Shown: positions 30,794-32,000 of the stretch, one piece after another | How positions within the stretch are numbered: the stretch's first letter is position 1 | Layout of the letters: every line of letters begins with the position of its first letter | NCBI RefSeq assembly: GCF_000189295.2 | Contig: NC_016803.1 | Coordinates: forward strand, 2,160,001-2,192,000 | DNA: 32,000 bases | Direction of reading: 5' to 3' | Source: Pseudodesulfovibrio mercurii | GTDB lineage: Bacteria; Desulfobacterota; Desulfovibrionia; Desulfovibrionales; Desulfovibrionaceae | The notes under the pieces: model-generated | What the model was told of the DNA's origin: nothing | Databases searched by the model: none | What the model saw: the letters and a program-made list of their open reading frames with translations, nothing else | Position numbers and translations under genes: made by a program

Positions 30794-31518
30794 GGGGCCA
30801 CCACCTTGAGCTTGCGCCCCAGGGTGATGCCGGTCTCGTCCACGTCGGCCACGTAGGGCCAGGCCTCCACCCCGGCGTCCAGGGCCTCGTAAAAGAGTTC
30901 CGCGTAGACCGGGTCGATGAAGTCCGCCGGGCCGAAGCAGCGCCCGTCGGGCCGCTGGACCAGGAGGAACAGGGCCACGCGCGCCCCGGTCACGGCCAGG
31001 GCCATGAGTTCGCGCAGGTGCTTCTGGCCGCGCTCGGTGATCGCGTCCGGGAAGCGGGCCACGTCCTCCTCGACCAGGGTGACGTTCTTGCACTCCACCC
31101 ACAGATCGCCGCGCGTCCCGGTCAGGTGCGCGTCCAGGCGGCTCTCGCCCACCTTGGCTTCCTTCTGAAAATGCTCGTAGCCGTCCATCTCGGGCAGGGC
31201 CCCGGCCCGCCAGGCCGCATGGAGCATGCGGTTGGGCGTCAGCGTGTTCACCCCGACCATGGCCCCGGCCAGATCGAGCGCCTCCAGGGTGTACCGGAGC
31301 TTGCGGTCCGGGTTGGCCGCGGGCGAGAGCAGGGCCGTGCCGCCCGGCCGGAGCAGGCCGAGCATGGACCCGGTGTTGTTGGTGTGGGCTTTGAGGAGCG
31401 CGCCCCGGTCCGGTCCGTCCAGGGCCACGGCCTCCACGGTGAACCGCTTGATGCGGCGGACAAAGGCGGCGCGGCGGCAGGGCGCGGCAAAGGGAATGCG
31501 GGCAACGGGTCTGGGCAC
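30790..31518 (-). CDS. sfsA: Sugar fermentation stimulation protein SfsA (DNA/RNA nuclease-like fold)
   Basis: 242 aa. The pattern [12 protein letters not shown]....HTNNTGSM...VGVNT...N....[10 protein letters not shown]......[11 protein letters not shown]...[20 protein letters not shown] is characteristic of SfsA. Confidence 0.9.
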   Translation of the reverse strand: MPRPVARIPFAAPCRRAAFVRRIKRFTVEAVALDGPDRGALLKAHTNNTGSMLGLLRPGGTALLSPAANPDRKLRYTLEALDLAGAMVGVNTLTPNRMLHAAWRAGALPEMDGYEHFQKEAKVGESRLDAHLTGTRGDLWVECKNVTLVEEDVARFPDAITERGQKHLRELMALAVTGARVALFLLVQRPDGRCFGPADFIDPVYAELFYEALDAGVEAWPYVADVDETGITLGRKLKVVAP

Positions 31519-31591
31519 GGTCTCTCCTCGGGATCAAAAGCTCTAGGCGATTTCCCGCGCTTTTGCCAGCGGAAACGCGGCCCGGTCCCGG

Positions 31592-32000
31592 CTACTCCCC
31601 GTCCCGGCGCGCCTCCAGGGCCTCGACGATCCTGTGGCCCTCGCCCTCGTACACGGCCCTGTCCGCGTCCGGCGTGGGCGCGGTCACCTCGGGCCAGACG
31701 CCGGGCTGCGGCTCCGGTCCCCTGCGGGCCTCGGCGCTCGGTTCGGAATCGACCATGACCGGGGTCCTGCGGATGTCCACGCCGGGTACCGGGGCGCTGA
31801 ACTCGATGGGTATCTCGTTGGGGTCGAAGGCGTAGATGGAGTGGATGAAGCCGTGGTCCACCACTTCGGAGCACCACACCCCGGCGGCCTCGAGCTTGTC
31901 CTTGAGCTCCCAAAGGTCGTCCTCGGCGGCCACGCCGAAGGAGATGTGGTCGAAGGCCACCTTGCCCTTGACCGGGAAGCCGTGGTCCTTCTCGTCCAGC
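31592..32000 (-). CDS. VOC-family (glyoxalase/bleomycin-resistance/dioxygenase fold) protein, N-terminus beyond window end
   Basis: The frame stays open to position 32000 (..LDEKDHGFPVKGKVAFDHISFGVAAEDDLWELKDKLEAAGVW..VDHGFIHSIYAFDPNEIPIEF). The track ATG at 31960 is probably internal. Confidence 0.75.
   Translation of the reverse strand, partial: LDEKDHGFPVKGKVAFDHISFGVAAEDDLWELKDKLEAAGVWCSEVVDHGFIHSIYAFDPNEIPIEFSAPVPGVDIRRTPVMVDSEPSAEARRGPEPQPGVWPEVTAPTPDADRAVYEGEGHRIVEALEARRDGE

Noticed and set aside
1-32000. CRISPR arrays, tRNA/rRNA genes, IS elements or transposases, toxin-antitoxin pairs and known defence-system genes.
   Set aside because: I looked for regularly spaced direct repeats, tRNA T-arm/anticodon-arm patterns and DDE/HUH/recombinase motifs. 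None were found. The only repeats are the three hairpin-rich intergenic elements reported above.

Overview
GC-rich (by eye well over 60%) bacterial chromosomal segment. The proteins resemble those of sulfate-reducing Desulfovibrionales-type Deltaproteobacteria, but that taxonomic guess is low confidence. In GC-rich DNA most very long ORFs in the track are antisense or alternative-frame shadows, so I chose frames by recognisable protein motifs, RBSs and start/stop coupling.

Layout:
- 1-6843 (-): a CusCBA-type heavy-metal efflux operon. Order is TolC-like OMF, small YHS metal-binding protein, extra-long CusB-like adaptor, then CusA/CzcA RND pump, which runs off the window.
- 6844-7140: an AT-rich divergent control region with a near-consensus sigma-54 -24/-12 motif and a nested palindrome.
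- 7141-9225 (+): a membrane dCache-HAMP-PP2C (SpoIIE) sensor phosphatase.
- 9473-14625: housekeeping genes. These are a lipoprotein, an O-antigen-ligase-like membrane protein, a THUMP RNA methyltransferase, a DMT transporter, SlyX and a DUF985 cupin.
- 14776-23046 (-): a tightly packed nine-gene podovirus-type tail module (nozzle-like protein, T7 gp17-like fibre, four small unknowns, a 906-aa beta-helix/SPRY spike, a fibre-assembly chaperone). No head, portal, terminase, adaptor, lysis, integrase or repressor genes are present in the window.
- 23465-32000: housekeeping genes. These are a Zn-ribbon protein, an FAD oxidoreductase, an M24 peptidase, Kup, an acyl-CoA thioesterase, a DMT transporter, SfsA and a VOC protein.

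Three copies of a ~330-bp hairpin-rich intergenic repeat family sit immediately behind gene 3' ends at convergent junctions. No rRNA, tRNA, CRISPR array, transposase or integrase was seen.

The orphan tail module is the best candidate for something new. The repeat family and the sigma-54/UAS arrangement upstream of the metal efflux operon come next.
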